From: Alphaproteobacteria bacterium
GTDB taxonomy: Bacteria > Pseudomonadota > Alphaproteobacteria > UBA7887
Assembly: GCA_965216755.1 (NCBI GenBank)
Contig: CBDCGL010000011.1
Span: 3,424,001-3,488,000 of the forward strand
Direction: 5' to 3'
Length of the DNA stretch: 64,000 nucleotides
Shown here: in pieces, positions 29,001-38,927 of the stretch
Layout: each line of letters starts with the position of its first letter
How positions within the stretch are numbered: the first letter of the stretch is position 1
Made by a program: the position numbers and the translations under genes
The notes under the pieces: generated by a model
Database searches by the model: none
The model's input: only the letters and a program-made list of their open reading frames with translations
Told to the model about the DNA's origin: nothing

Positions 29001-30586
29001 CCACGATAGTGCTGCGACAACACAGCCGGTGGTGTGTCATCACCCATGGATCCGGTCGGTTCTTTTTCATCCTCGACCATCGGCTGCAAGATCAGTTCAA
29101 GATCTTCCATGCTCCAGCCGAACAAATTCTGGCGCTGGCGCAAATCATCGCTGGCCAGCTCAGGCGTCTCGCCCGCGCCATCATGAATGTGCGAATCCAA
29201 ATGCGTGATGTTCTTGACCCAATCCCCATACGGTCGGGACGCGGCGACCAAGTCCTTGAGATCGCGGTCGTGGTAGAGTTTACCTTCACGCAGGTCGACG
29301 GCGATCATCTTGCCCGGACCGAGCCGGCCTTTTTCAACGATCTCGCTTTCGCGCGCCGGCACCATGCCGGTTTCCGAACCGACGATCAGCAGGCCGTCAT
29401 TGGTGACCAGATAGCGCATCGGGCGCAAACCATTGCGGTCCATGCCGCCGACAATCCAATTGCCGTCGGTTGCGGCGACCGCCGCCGGGCCGTCCCACGG
29501 TTCCATCACGCAATGGCTGTAGCTGAACAACGCCCTATGGGCCGGATCGACCGAACTGTCGTCTTCCCAGGCCTCCGGAATCATCATGATCTGGACTTCG
29601 GGTGCGATGCGGCCGCCGCGAACCAGCACTTCGTAGACCGCATCCAACGCGGCCGAATCAGAGCTACCGTCCGGGATCACCGGTTTGACATCGTCAACAT
29701 GATCGCCGAACGCGCCTGGTCCCATGCGCGTTTCGTGGCATTTCATCCAATTGGAGTTACCCAGCAAAGTGTTGATTTCACCATTGTGGGCCAGCATCCG
29801 GAACGGTTGCGCCAGGCGCCAGGTCGGGAACGTGTTAGTCGAATAACGCTGGTGGAATATGGCGAAGTTCGAGACGAAGCGTGAATCCAATAAGTCCGGA
29901 TAGAAATTGTCGACCTGTTCGGCAAGGAACATGCCCTTGTAGATGATCGATCGGCAGCTCAGCGAGCAGATGTAAAACTCGGTGATATGCGCGGCGAGGA
30001 CGTTCCTTTCGATTCGCCGGCGAATAAGATACAGATCGAGCTCGAACTGATCGTCATCAACACCGCCGTCATTGGCGATCATGATTTGCTCGATTTCCGG
30101 CCGGGTGGCATTGGCTTTTTCACCGATCACGGCGGTGTTGACCGGCACTTGGCGCCAGCCGTAAATCGAATAGCCGCAGTTCAGGATCTCGGTCTCGACG
30201 ATCACGCGGCAAGTTTCCTGGGCCGCCAAATCCGTGCGCGGTAGAAACACCATGCCGACGGCAATGCGCGAATCGCGCGGTTCGTGGCCCGTGTTGACGA
30301 CGTGCTCTTTGAAAAAATCTTGTGGGATCTGGACGTGGATCCCGGCGCCATCGCCGGTCTTACCGTCGGCGTCAACCGCGCCGCGATGCCAAACAGCTTT
30401 CAACGCCTTGATGCCCGCGTCGACAACCGCGCGCTGGGGCGTACCGTCGATCGCGGCGATGAAGCCGACGCCGCACGCCGCACGCTCGTCGGCGGCGCGA
30501 TAGAGGCCCTTGGCAGCCAAACGATCACGCTCGGCCTGCCATGCGTGGACAGATCGATTGTCCCAAGACTTATTCCGTGCGGTCAT
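26039..30586 (-). CDS. gltB: Glutamate synthase large subunit
   Basis: ACGVGFIA N-terminal Cys, HQRYSTNT, EIKMAQGAKPGEGGQLPG, ISPPPHHDIYSIEDL, CHSNTCPVG. Confidence 0.98.
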   Translation of the reverse strand: MTARNKSWDNRSVHAWQAERDRLAAKGLYRAADERAACGVGFIAAIDGTPQRAVVDAGIKALKAVWHRGAVDADGKTGDGAGIHVQIPQDFFKEHVVNTGHEPRDSRIAVGMVFLPRTDLAAQETCRVIVETEILNCGYSIYGWRQVPVNTAVIGEKANATRPEIEQIMIANDGGVDDDQFELDLYLIRRRIERNVLAAHITEFYICSLSCRSIIYKGMFLAEQVDNFYPDLLDSRFVSNFAIFHQRYSTNTFPTWRLAQPFRMLAHNGEINTLLGNSNWMKCHETRMGPGAFGDHVDDVKPVIPDGSSDSAALDAVYEVLVRGGRIAPEVQIMMIPEAWEDDSSVDPAHRALFSYSHCVMEPWDGPAAVAATDGNWIVGGMDRNGLRPMRYLVTNDGLLIVGSETGMVPARESEIVEKGRLGPGKMIAVDLREGKLYHDRDLKDLVAASRPYGDWVKNITHLDSHIHDGAGETPELASDDLRQRQNLFGWSMEDLELILQPMVEDEKEPTGSMGDDTPPAVLSQHYRGLHHFFRQNFSQVTNPPIDSLRERRVMTLTTRLGNLGDILAQSGDQTRLLQLESPMLSNGAFAAMRKGMGRKAQDIDCTFSIEDGDNAMATAIARIQQEVELAVRGGCEHLVLSDKNVGPTRAPIPMILATGGVHSHLVRHDLRTFTSINVRSGECLDVHYFAVLIGVGATTVNAYLAQDTIADRHRRGLFGTMTLAEAIARYKSAVDQGLLKIMSKMGISVLSSYRGGYNFEALGLSRTLVAQFFPGMPSRISGIGIGGLQRTVCRQHQRAFDETIITLPVGGIYRFRRGGEAHAFSGALVHMMQHAVATDSFATFRKFSDGVHKQAPIHIRDLLDFRSAGDAIPIEDIESITNIRRRLVAPGISLGALSPEAHETLSIAMNRIGAKSDSGEGGEGPERYQPYANGDNACSAIKQIASGRFGVTAEYLNNCREIEIKMAQGAKPGEGGQLPGHKVTAEIARLRHSTPGVTLISPPPHHDIYSIEDLAQLIYDLKQINPDAKVCVKLVARTGIGTIAAGVAKANADVILISGHSGGTGASPQSSIKYAGMPWEIGLAEVNQVLTLNRLRHRVALRVDGGLKTGRDVVMAAMLGADEYGIGTAALIAMGCIIVRQCHSNTCPVGICTQNPRLREKFVGSPEKVVNLFSFIAEEVREILSAIGARSLDEVIGRTDLLHQVSRGAAHLDDLDLNPILTQADPGEFGRVFALEGRNEVPETLDAQMIKDARALFQDGEKMQLAYNVQNTQRAIGTKMSSKITRRFGMNKLQPGHITVRLRGSAGQSLGAWAVQGLKLEVFGDANDYVGKGLSGGVIVVRPTTASPLISNENTIIGNTVLYGAISGRLYAAGQAGERFAVRNSGAIAVVEGCGAHGCEYMTGGTVTILGPVGTNFAAGMTGGMAFVFDADESFAGRVNAASVVYQRIASPHWENVLKEMVVDHVAQTGSYFAEVMLNDWDRALTKFWQVCPLEMVDRLEHPLAPASRATASA

Positions 30587-30636
30587 TTTGCCTGTTTCCT
30601 TGCCCAAGCCGATGGTTTGCACATCTGGTGGCAAAC

Positions 30637-32100
30637 CTATTCGGCTGCGGTCGCTGTCGTCGCCGGCGCCCGCTCGGTCGCCGACGCGGTCTTGTTGCGT
30701 AAGTAAGTGTGAATTGAATCCGCGGCGTCGCGACCGTCCCGAATCGCCCAAACCACCAACGAAGCGCCACGGACGATGTCGCCGGCGGCGAATACGCCAT
30801 CCAAATTGGTCATCATGTTGCGCAGATTCGTGCGCACCGTGCCCCAGCGGGTGATGGCCAATTCCGGCGCCCGAAAAAGCCCCGGCAAGTCCTCAGGGTC
30901 GAATCCCAGTGCCATGATCACCAGACCCGCATCCATGGTGAATTGCGATTGTTCAACCGGCACCGGGGTCCGGCGGCCGGATGAATCGGCCGGGCCCAGG
31001 CGCATGCGAATCGCACGCACGCGTCCGACCGATGTGTTGCCCAAAAAAGCTTCTGGCGCCGACAGCCAAGAAAATGCCACGCCTTCTTCTTCGGCGTGCT
31101 GCACCTCGCGCATGGAGCCGGGCATGTTTTCGCGATCGCGGCGATAAAGACACGTCACCGCGCGCGCGCCCTGACGGATGGCGGTGCGCACGCAGTCCAT
31201 GGCGGTGTCGCCACCACCGATCACCGCGACCGATTTGCCGTCCGCGTCGAGCCGGCCCGAATCAAATTCGGCCACCGAGTCGCCCAGGCCTTTGCGGTTG
31301 CTAGCGATCAGGTAAGTCAGCGCCGGCACGACATTGTCGAGGCCGACGCCGGGGACCATGATGTCGCGCGATTTATAGACCCCGGTGGCAATCAGGACCG
31401 CGTCGTGGCGCCGCCGCAACTCGGCCAAGTCGGTCTCGTTGCCAATATTGACGTTCATGTGAAACCGCACACCACCGTCGCGCAGATGATCCGCGCGCCG
31501 GGCGACAACGTTTTTCTCCAGCTTGAAGTTTGGAATGCCATACACCAGCAAACCGCCAATGCGATCGTGGCGATCATAGACATCGACCTGATAGCCACGC
31601 CGGCGGAGCCTTTCTGCCGCGGCCATCCCGGCTGGGCCGGCACCAATGATGCCCACCGATTCGGGGCGTTCAGCGCCTGGGCTGATGGGGCGCACCCAAC
31701 CCTGGTCCCAGGCCTGTTCGGTGATGTATTTCTCGACCGCGCCGATGGTGACCGTGCCATGCCCCGATTGCTCGATCACGCAATTGCCTTCGCACAAGCG
31801 GTCCTGAGGGCAGATCCGACCACATATCTCGGGCATCGAGTTGGTCGCCGACGACACGTCATAGGCTTCTTGCAAGCGTCCTTCCGCGCACAGATGCAAC
31901 CAATCGGGAATGTTGTTGTGCAGCGGGCAATGCACCTGACAAAACGGAATGCCGCATTGCGAACATCGGCTCGCCTGGGCCTTAGCTGCATCGCGGGCGA
32001 ACTCCCGGTAAATCTCGTCAAAATCGTCGCGGCGCTTTTCCGCGTCTCGTTTCTCGGGCATCTTCTGACCCAGATCGACGAATTTGAGCGTGTTGGGCAT
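30637..32100 (-). CDS. gltD: Glutamate synthase small subunit
   Basis: RCSQCGIPFCQVHCP, GRICPQDRLCEGNC, GGGDTAMDC, GDIVRGASLVVWA. Confidence 0.97.
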   Translation of the reverse strand: MPNTLKFVDLGQKMPEKRDAEKRRDDFDEIYREFARDAAKAQASRCSQCGIPFCQVHCPLHNNIPDWLHLCAEGRLQEAYDVSSATNSMPEICGRICPQDRLCEGNCVIEQSGHGTVTIGAVEKYITEQAWDQGWVRPISPGAERPESVGIIGAGPAGMAAAERLRRRGYQVDVYDRHDRIGGLLVYGIPNFKLEKNVVARRADHLRDGGVRFHMNVNIGNETDLAELRRRHDAVLIATGVYKSRDIMVPGVGLDNVVPALTYLIASNRKGLGDSVAEFDSGRLDADGKSVAVIGGGDTAMDCVRTAIRQGARAVTCLYRRDRENMPGSMREVQHAEEEGVAFSWLSAPEAFLGNTSVGRVRAIRMRLGPADSSGRRTPVPVEQSQFTMDAGLVIMALGFDPEDLPGLFRAPELAITRWGTVRTNLRNMMTNLDGVFAAGDIVRGASLVVWAIRDGRDAADSIHTYLRNKTASATERAPATTATAAE

Positions 32101-32309
32101 TGCGTGAACGATTCCTTCAATCTCGGTCCCTGAAGGCCGCAACAGACAGTGACGCGGGCGGGTCAATGCGGCTACCGGTTGAACAACCGGATCTTGTTAT
32201 TGGACGGTGCGCAACATGGTCACGCGCCAAGCTGGCGGGTCATGTTGGGAAACACGTGTCGCGTGGCCAACGCGATCGGCCTGCGCGCGTCGCCCGTCGC
32301 CACGGTTAT

Positions 32310-32332
32310 TTAGGTCAATGTCTCTGACATAA
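32310..32332. promoter_or_regulatory. Imperfect palindrome between gltD and uppP
   Basis: TTAGGTCA-N7-TGACATAA (7/8 arm match) in an AT-rich divergent intergenic region. Confidence 0.35.
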
Positions 32333-32478
32333 GTAGTGTAGTTTACGCCCGATGAGGTGGTCAAGTTAAGTAAATAGCGCGCATGACCAAATAAAATAGT
32401 ACCAAAACGAGACTAACTGCTTCGTGGGCCGGATCCGACACCCAAGTTCGAGGGCCGTGGCATGACCAAGAGCCTCCT

Positions 32479-33276
32479 GTGACGCTTATCCAACTTGTCA
32501 TTATCGCTGTGGTGCAGGGCATCACCGAATTTCTGCCGATCAGCTCGTCGGGCCACTTGGTGCTGATTCCCTATGTCACCGGTTGGACCGACCAGGGATT
32601 GCTGGTCGATGTCGCAGTGCATGTGGGCAGCTTGGGCGCCGTGATCGTCTATTTCTGGCGCGATGTTTGGGACTTGGTCGTCGGTGCCTGGCACGCCTTG
32701 CTGTTTCGGCCAGATCGCGGCAGCCGTCTGTTGGGTCTGATGATCGTTGCGACCATTCCGGCGATCGTCGCCGGCTTGGCGCTCAAACTGATTGCACCAG
32801 ACCTGTTTCGCAGTGTCGCGATTATCGCGTGGACGATGCTGCTGGGCGGCATCCTACTTTATGTCGCCGACCGATTTGGCCTGAGAATCAACAAAATGGA
32901 CCATATTACTTTGCGCAGTGCTTGGCTTATCGGGCTTGCCCAAATGTTGGCGTTGGTACCGGGGACCAGCCGATCGGGCATCACCATGACGGCGGCGCGC
33001 GCCCTGGGTTTCGAGCGCGACGAGGCGGCGCGCTTTTCAATGTTGTTGTCGATCCCGGTGATTGTCGCGGCTGGCGCGTTGGCGGGTCTTGATCTTGTGG
33101 CGCAAGGCGACTCGCTGTTGACATCGGCCGCCGTGACCGCCGCAGCGTTGGCGTTTGTGTCGGCCTTGTTGGCGATTGCACTGCTGATGCGGTGGCTGCG
33201 CCACGCCAGTTTCACACCTTTGGTGGTTTATCGGGTGGCGCTGGGCCTGGTGCTCTTGTGGTTTGTTTATGGCTGA
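32479..33276 (+). CDS. uppP: Undecaprenyl-diphosphate phosphatase
   Basis: QGITEFLPISSSGH, PGTSRSG.T, AARFSMLLSIP. Confidence 0.95.
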   Translation: MTLIQLVIIAVVQGITEFLPISSSGHLVLIPYVTGWTDQGLLVDVAVHVGSLGAVIVYFWRDVWDLVVGAWHALLFRPDRGSRLLGLMIVATIPAIVAGLALKLIAPDLFRSVAIIAWTMLLGGILLYVADRFGLRINKMDHITLRSAWLIGLAQMLALVPGTSRSGITMTAARALGFERDEAARFSMLLSIPVIVAAGALAGLDLVAQGDSLLTSAAVTAAALAFVSALLAIALLMRWLRHASFTPLVVYRVALGLVLLWFVYG

Positions 33277-33294
33277 GCGGGATGCCGGCGCCGC

Positions 33295-34245
33295 TTACGC
33301 TGGTTGCGGGCGCCGGCGCGGGCCGCCGGGTCGGAATCGACTCAGATAGCCGGGCACCACGGCCGCGATCGGCGTCGGCTCGATCCCCAATGTCGCCAGG
33401 CTGCGCGCCCGCTTGGCCACGACATTGTCGTTGGCCAGCAGGCGCACTTGATCACGAGTCAGCGGTGGCGTTGGCAACCATTCCAAAAAACTTGCTTGGA
33501 ACTGGGCAATGGCCGTCGGCACCGGCACCAACAAGCGTCGGCGGCCACTGTGTTCCAGCACCCGCTCCATGAGCGCCTTAAAGTCGAGCCGTTCCGGGCC
33601 GCCCAGTTCGTAGGTCTTTGAGGCCGCGTTGGGTTGCTCGAGACAGCGTGCCACCGCTTCCGCCACATCGCCAACATAAACGGGTTGAAACAGCGTGCGA
33701 CCGCCGCCGATCAGAGGCAGTGCCGGCAGCCATTGGGCCAGCGCGGCGAATCGATTGAAGAACTCGTCCTCGCGGCCGAAAATGACACTGGGCCGTATGA
33801 TGGTTGCGCCGCGAAATGCCTTTTTGACGGCCCCTTCGCCCATGCCTTTGCTGCGCGCGTAAAGGGCGTCGGCATGCGGATCGGCGCCGATCGCGGATAT
33901 ATGAATCAGGCGATCCACACCATCGGCCCGGCTCGCCGCCGCGATATGCTCGGCCGCCCGGACATGAATCGCTGGAAAGGTCTGCCGTCCCCGTTCAAAC
34001 AGGATGCCAACGGCGTTGACAACCGCCTGGGAACCGGCGACGGCGGCGGCCAGGCTATCGCGGTCGAGCATGTCTACGGCAACCAATGTGATTTGGCCAA
34101 CATCGCCCATCGGCTTTAAGAAACCGGCACGGGCTGGCGCACGGCACGCGACACGTACGCGGGCGCCACGCTTGGCCAGGGCTTGCACGATATAGCGGCC
34201 GACAAAGCCGGCCCCGCCGAAGACCGTGATGGGTGAGGGGATCAT
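33295..34245 (-). CDS. Complex I NDUFA9-family NAD(P)-binding protein
   Basis: TVFGGAGFVGR, LKPMGDVGQI, RPSVIFG.ED, FQPVYVGDVA, LTRDQV. Confidence 0.9.
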   Translation of the reverse strand: MIPSPITVFGGAGFVGRYIVQALAKRGARVRVACRAPARAGFLKPMGDVGQITLVAVDMLDRDSLAAAVAGSQAVVNAVGILFERGRQTFPAIHVRAAEHIAAASRADGVDRLIHISAIGADPHADALYARSKGMGEGAVKKAFRGATIIRPSVIFGREDEFFNRFAALAQWLPALPLIGGGRTLFQPVYVGDVAEAVARCLEQPNAASKTYELGGPERLDFKALMERVLEHSGRRRLLVPVPTAIAQFQASFLEWLPTPPLTRDQVRLLANDNVVAKRARSLATLGIEPTPIAAVVPGYLSRFRPGGPRRRPQPA

Positions 34246-34440
34246 GGCAACAGGTCCGCTTGCATGATGGAAACAATCTTGTCGAACACACATTGTACGC
34301 GGTACGCATGGTACGCCGTACGCATGTTCAAACGCGCACCGAAAACCACGCTGCGCGACGCGCGATCTTGTTAGCATAGCATGCGCGCGCTTCACAGCTC
34401 AGGATCCTATTTCATGCCGTGTTGGAATGGCGAAAGTCCG

Positions 34441-34469
34441 TTGACATGACCGGGCGCTCGCGATAACCC
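34441..34469 (+). promoter_or_regulatory. Putative sigma70 promoter of tRNA-Leu
   Basis: TTGACA-N17-TAACCC upstream of the tRNA. Confidence 0.45.
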
Positions 34470-34577
34470 GTTGGCCCTTGTCCGCGCGCGCCCGAAAAGC
34501 GGGTCGCGATGCGGCGGTGATCGGCGGTGGTGGTGCACTGCGGTCGCATGCCGTCAAGCTATGTCACGGTGGCATAT

Positions 34578-34665
<88 letters not shown>

Positions 34666-34833
34666 ATTTGCGACGGTGACAAAGGCTTCAATTGCCGGCG
34701 ATGGCAGCGGTTGCCGTCGCTGGCCAGGCCGGACGCGTTCCGGAAATGAGCTGTTGGTTTCGACCGGCGGGGTTGCTGGCGTGGCCGCGACGCCACATGT
34801 CGTAATTTGGCGAAACGATGAACGCGGTCCCCT

Positions 34834-35445
34834 ATGACCATATTCTTGCACAAAGGCGATCTTCCCGATGAATTGGTGCTCGATGGCGACATTGCCGTCG
34901 ATACCGAAACGATGGGCCTGCGCGCCGGTCGCGATCGGCTGTGTGTGGTCCAATTTTCAGTCGGCGACGGCGACGCCCATCTGGTGCATTTCCCAAGTCC
35001 GGTTTACGACGCACCGCACTTGACACAATTATTGGCGGACCCGGGCCGCACCAAGATATTTCACTACGCGCGTTTTGACGTGGCACGCTTGGCGGACGCT
35101 GTGGGTGTTTGGTGTCAGCCGGTTTATTGCACCAAAATCGCATCGCGGCTGGCGCGGACCTATACCGATCGCCATGGCCTGAAGGATCTGTGCAAGGAAC
35201 TGCTCGGCGTCGACTTGTCAAAAGAGCAGCAGAGTTCCGATTGGGGAACGGCTGAGCTGAGCCAGGCGCAACAGGCTTACGCGGCCGCCGATGTCCTCTA
35301 TTTGCACCGTTTGCGAGAGCGGCTCGATGCCATGCTGGCACGCGAGCGACGCGCCGCATTGGCTCAAGCTTGTTTCGATTTCGTACCAAAGCGTGCGGAA
35401 TTGGACTTAGCCGGCTGGGAAGACACGGATCTTTTTTCCCACTGA
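34834..35445 (+). CDS. rnd: Ribonuclease D-like 3'-5' exonuclease
   Basis: AVDTETMGL..RDRLCVVQ, HYARFD, QQSSDWG, YAAADV. Confidence 0.9.
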   Translation: MTIFLHKGDLPDELVLDGDIAVDTETMGLRAGRDRLCVVQFSVGDGDAHLVHFPSPVYDAPHLTQLLADPGRTKIFHYARFDVARLADAVGVWCQPVYCTKIASRLARTYTDRHGLKDLCKELLGVDLSKEQQSSDWGTAELSQAQQAYAAADVLYLHRLRERLDAMLARERRAALAQACFDFVPKRAELDLAGWEDTDLFSH

Positions 35446-35711
35446 GTGCGCGCAGCCATCGCGGCGGCAGTGGGCCGCGTCCGCACTTTATCGCGCCCCG
35501 GCCCAATGTTAGCCCTTGAATGAGCGAATGGCGCTACACATACTCCTTTGCGCAGTTTGTTTGCGCATGCAAAAACTGTGCAATTTAGGTGCGATCCACG
35601 GAACGGTGGGGCCATAGCGCCATAGCGGCGGCATCTGGCAAGACTAAGGTGTTGGATGATGGGTGCGAATCACAGGACTTGCGCGGGACTTTGCGCGGGA
35701 CGGGGCGATTC

Positions 35712-36719
35712 ATGGCGTCGGTAGCCACGAGCAGGGGCGCGCGGGTGTTGGCCAGGCGCGGCGCCGCCGGCGGAGATATTGACGAAGCCCGCCGCGTGCT
35801 GGGCATCGAAGCGCGCGCACTCGACGCACTAGCGGAAAGCCTCGACGATGATTTCGTCGCCGCGGTCGGCACACTGGCCGAAACTCGGGGCCGCGTGGTC
35901 GTGACCGGCATGGGCAAGAGCGGACATATCGGCCGAAAAATTGCTGCGACCATGGCGTCGACCGGCACGGCGGCGCTGTTTGTCCACCCGGCGGAAGCCA
36001 GTCATGGCGATCTGGGCATGATCACCGGCAACGATGTGGTGCTGGCATTGTCCAATTCCGGTGAAACCGCCGAACTCAGCGACATCATCGAATACACCCG
36101 TCGCTTTCGGATTCCCCTGGTGGCGATCATCGGCCGCGCCGTTAGTACCTTGGGCGACCGCGCCGATCATACGCTGGTCTTGCCCGACTGCGCAGAGGCG
36201 TGCCCGATCGGTATGGCGCCGACCACATCAACGACCATGACTTTGGCCCTGGGCGATGCGCTCGCCATGGCTTTGCTCTGCCGCAAGGGGTTTTCCGCGG
36301 CCGACTTCCAGGATTTACATCCGGGCGGATCGTTGGGCCGGAAGTTGGTTTTGGTCTCTGAGATCATGCACACGGCCGAGCATTTGCCGTTGATCGGCAG
36401 CCAGGCGACCATGGCCGAGGCGATCATCGAAATGACCGCCAAGACGTTCGGCTGCGTCGGTGTTGTCGATGCAGATCGGCAATTGTTGGGCATCGTTACG
36501 GATGGCGACTTGCGCCGCCACATGGATGACGATCTGCTGGTTAAGACCGTTGCCGATATCATGACGCTGTCGCCCAAGACGATTCGGCAGACCGCGCTGG
36601 CCGCGGAGGCCCTATGGGTCATGAGCACACGATCGATCACAAGCTTGTTTGTGGTTCAAGACGGCCAACCGGTGGGTATCCTGCACCTGCACGACTGTTT
36701 GCGCGCGGGGGTGGCATAG
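35712..36719 (+). CDS. kdsD: Arabinose-5-phosphate isomerase (KpsF/GutQ)
   Basis: GMGKSGHIGRK, HPAEASHGDLG, APTTST, HPGG.LG, CBS pair. Confidence 0.95.
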   Translation: MASVATSRGARVLARRGAAGGDIDEARRVLGIEARALDALAESLDDDFVAAVGTLAETRGRVVVTGMGKSGHIGRKIAATMASTGTAALFVHPAEASHGDLGMITGNDVVLALSNSGETAELSDIIEYTRRFRIPLVAIIGRAVSTLGDRADHTLVLPDCAEACPIGMAPTTSTTMTLALGDALAMALLCRKGFSAADFQDLHPGGSLGRKLVLVSEIMHTAEHLPLIGSQATMAEAIIEMTAKTFGCVGVVDADRQLLGIVTDGDLRRHMDDDLLVKTVADIMTLSPKTIRQTALAAEALWVMSTRSITSLFVVQDGQPVGILHLHDCLRAGVA

Positions 36720-36795
36720 GCCATGGCCCGCCGGTCCCGATCGTGGCGCCGAGACGGCGACTGCAGAGGCGCCGGGCGTCTTGTGGAGGCGACTT

Positions 36796-37464
36796 GTGGC
36801 TGACTTGCGGTGGATGCATCGTTGGCGCGAACCGCGTTTGGGCGACGACGCGATTCGCAAGGCCGTCGGCCATCGCCGACGGGTGGCGTTCCTGAAAATG
36901 ATCTTGCCGGTGACGGTGATGGTGCTGGTCGCGGCGGTGTTTGCATGGCCCAGCCTGACCAAGACGACCAGCGGATTTCGCCTGGATTTTGGTTTGGACG
37001 TCGGCCAAATCGGCGGCCAGGGGGGCATGGTGAACCCGCGCTTTCTGGGTGTCGATTCGCAGGAACAGCCCTATACCATCACTGCGGCACACGCGTCGCA
37101 TCCCGAAAATGACACCAACCGGGTAAACCTGAGCGCGCCTGAAGCCGATTTGTCGCTGAAAGGCGGTGACTGGTTTTTTGTCCGCGCCGATGAAGGTGTT
37201 TACGATCGCGCCGCGGAAAGCTTGGACCTGGTTGGTGACGTGACCATGTATACCGACCAGGGCGTCGAGTTTCGCACCACCCGGGCCCATGTCGATTTAA
37301 CCAGCGGCACAGCCCGCGGCGATCAGCCGGTCCATGGCCAGGGCCCGTGGGGATTGATCGATTCGGTTGGCTTCACCTATCAGCGCGACGGCGGTCATGT
37401 TCTACGTTTCCTCGGGCGCCCAACCATGATTCTGCACGATCGGCAGCAGGACCGAGAGGGCTAG
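36796..37464 (+). CDS. lptC: LPS export protein LptC
   Basis: N-terminal TM helix, MVNPRF.G.D...PYTITA beta-jellyroll pattern, kdsD-lptC-lptA order. Confidence 0.82.
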   Translation: MADLRWMHRWREPRLGDDAIRKAVGHRRRVAFLKMILPVTVMVLVAAVFAWPSLTKTTSGFRLDFGLDVGQIGGQGGMVNPRFLGVDSQEQPYTITAAHASHPENDTNRVNLSAPEADLSLKGGDWFFVRADEGVYDRAAESLDLVGDVTMYTDQGVEFRTTRAHVDLTSGTARGDQPVHGQGPWGLIDSVGFTYQRDGGHVLRFLGRPTMILHDRQQDREG

Positions 37465-37468
37465 AGCG

Positions 37469-38053
37469 ATGACACGAACGGAAATGACGTTTGCTTGTGC
37501 CACCGGTACAATCGTCGGCCTGCTGTTGATGTCGATGTTACCGGGGCTAGTCCAAGCGCAGTTGCAGCCCGATTCCGACGGGCCGATCGAGATCACCGCC
37601 GATCAAATGGAATGGCTGCATGAAAAGCAAATCGCCATCGCGCGCGGCAATGCCGACGCGATTCAGGGCACCTATCATTTGCACGCCGACGTTTTGACCG
37701 CGCACATCGACAAAGCGGCGGATCCGGGCAGCAATGAAATCGAGCGCATCGAAGCCGACGGCGGCGTGGTTTTGACCACGGTTGACAAGATGGCCAAGGG
37801 CGATACCGGTGTTTACGACGTGAAAAACGGGGTCGCGGTCCTCGAAGGGGCCGTCATTCTCACCCAAGGTGACAATGTTATGCGCGGCAACCGGCTGGTT
37901 ATGAACCTCGAAACCGGACTCAGTACACTCGACAATGGCGACGGCGCGGGGCAGGCCAGTGCCGATGGCCTGCCTGCCGGACGCGTGCGCGCCATATTTT
38001 CGCCCAGCGGTGCCGACGAGACGCCATCGCCGGCGACCGAGTCGGAACGCTAG
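37469..38053 (+). CDS. lptA: LPS transport periplasmic protein LptA
   Basis: Signal peptide, PIEITAD, G.V.LTQG.N...G, GRVRAIF.P. Confidence 0.88.
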   Translation: MTRTEMTFACATGTIVGLLLMSMLPGLVQAQLQPDSDGPIEITADQMEWLHEKQIAIARGNADAIQGTYHLHADVLTAHIDKAADPGSNEIERIEADGGVVLTTVDKMAKGDTGVYDVKNGVAVLEGAVILTQGDNVMRGNRLVMNLETGLSTLDNGDGAGQASADGLPAGRVRAIFSPSGADETPSPATESER

Positions 38054-38054
38054 C

Positions 38055-38912
38055 ATGGCACGCGCCCCCCAAGAGGCCAGACCTGATCGCCCACGCGCGA
38101 CGCGGACGCAACCGACAAGCAAAGCAAAAGGGGCCCCGCGCGGCGGCGCGCCAAAGCGGCCCGGCCAGGGGCCGCGATTGGTATCAAAGACAAGCGGTTT
38201 GGTCGCCCGCCGGTTGGGCAAACGGTTCAAGAAACGGCCGGTCTTGCGCGACGTCAGTCTGTCAGTGCAACGCGGCGAAGCGGTCGGGTTGCTTGGGCCG
38301 AACGGGGCCGGCAAGACCACGTGCTTTTATCTGATATCGGGGCTGGTGACACCCGACTACGGTATGATCATGCTCGACGGCCACGACATTACGGCGCTGC
38401 CCATGTATCGGCGGGCGCGGCTCGGCATCGGCTATTTGCCCCAGGAGGCGTCGATCTTCCGTGGCCTTACCGTCGAAGAAAATATCCGCGCCGTGCTTGA
38501 GGTCTCGGAGCCGATCCGCGAGCGCCGCGAGATCATGCTTGATGGGCTGTTGGCCGAATTCTCCATTACGCATCTGCGGCGCGCACCCGCCTTGGCCTTG
38601 TCAGGCGGCGAACGGCGGCGTGTCGAGATCGCCCGTGCGCTGGCCTCGCAGCCGGCCTTTATGTTGCTGGATGAGCCGCTCGCCGGCATCGACCCAATCG
38701 CGGTCGGCGAGATCCGCGAATTGGTCTCACATCTGAAGGATCGGGGAATCGGCGTGCTCATCACCGAACATAATGTGCGCGAAACGCTCGACATCGTCGA
38801 TCGCGCCTACATTCTGAACGAAGGTCGCGTGTTGATGCACGGCGCGCCTTCGGAAATCGTCGCTCACAAGGATGTTCGCCGGGTCTATTTGGGCGAACGG
38901 TTTAGCCTGTGA
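38055..38912 (+). CDS. lptB: LPS export ABC ATPase
   Basis: GPNGAGKTT, GYLPQEASIFR, LSGGERRR, HNVRETL, VYLGE.F. Confidence 0.96.
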   Translation: MARAPQEARPDRPRATRTQPTSKAKGAPRGGAPKRPGQGPRLVSKTSGLVARRLGKRFKKRPVLRDVSLSVQRGEAVGLLGPNGAGKTTCFYLISGLVTPDYGMIMLDGHDITALPMYRRARLGIGYLPQEASIFRGLTVEENIRAVLEVSEPIRERREIMLDGLLAEFSITHLRRAPALALSGGERRRVEIARALASQPAFMLLDEPLAGIDPIAVGEIRELVSHLKDRGIGVLITEHNVRETLDIVDRAYILNEGRVLMHGAPSEIVAHKDVRRVYLGERFSL

Positions 38913-38927
38913 CGGGTGTGCGCGTCG

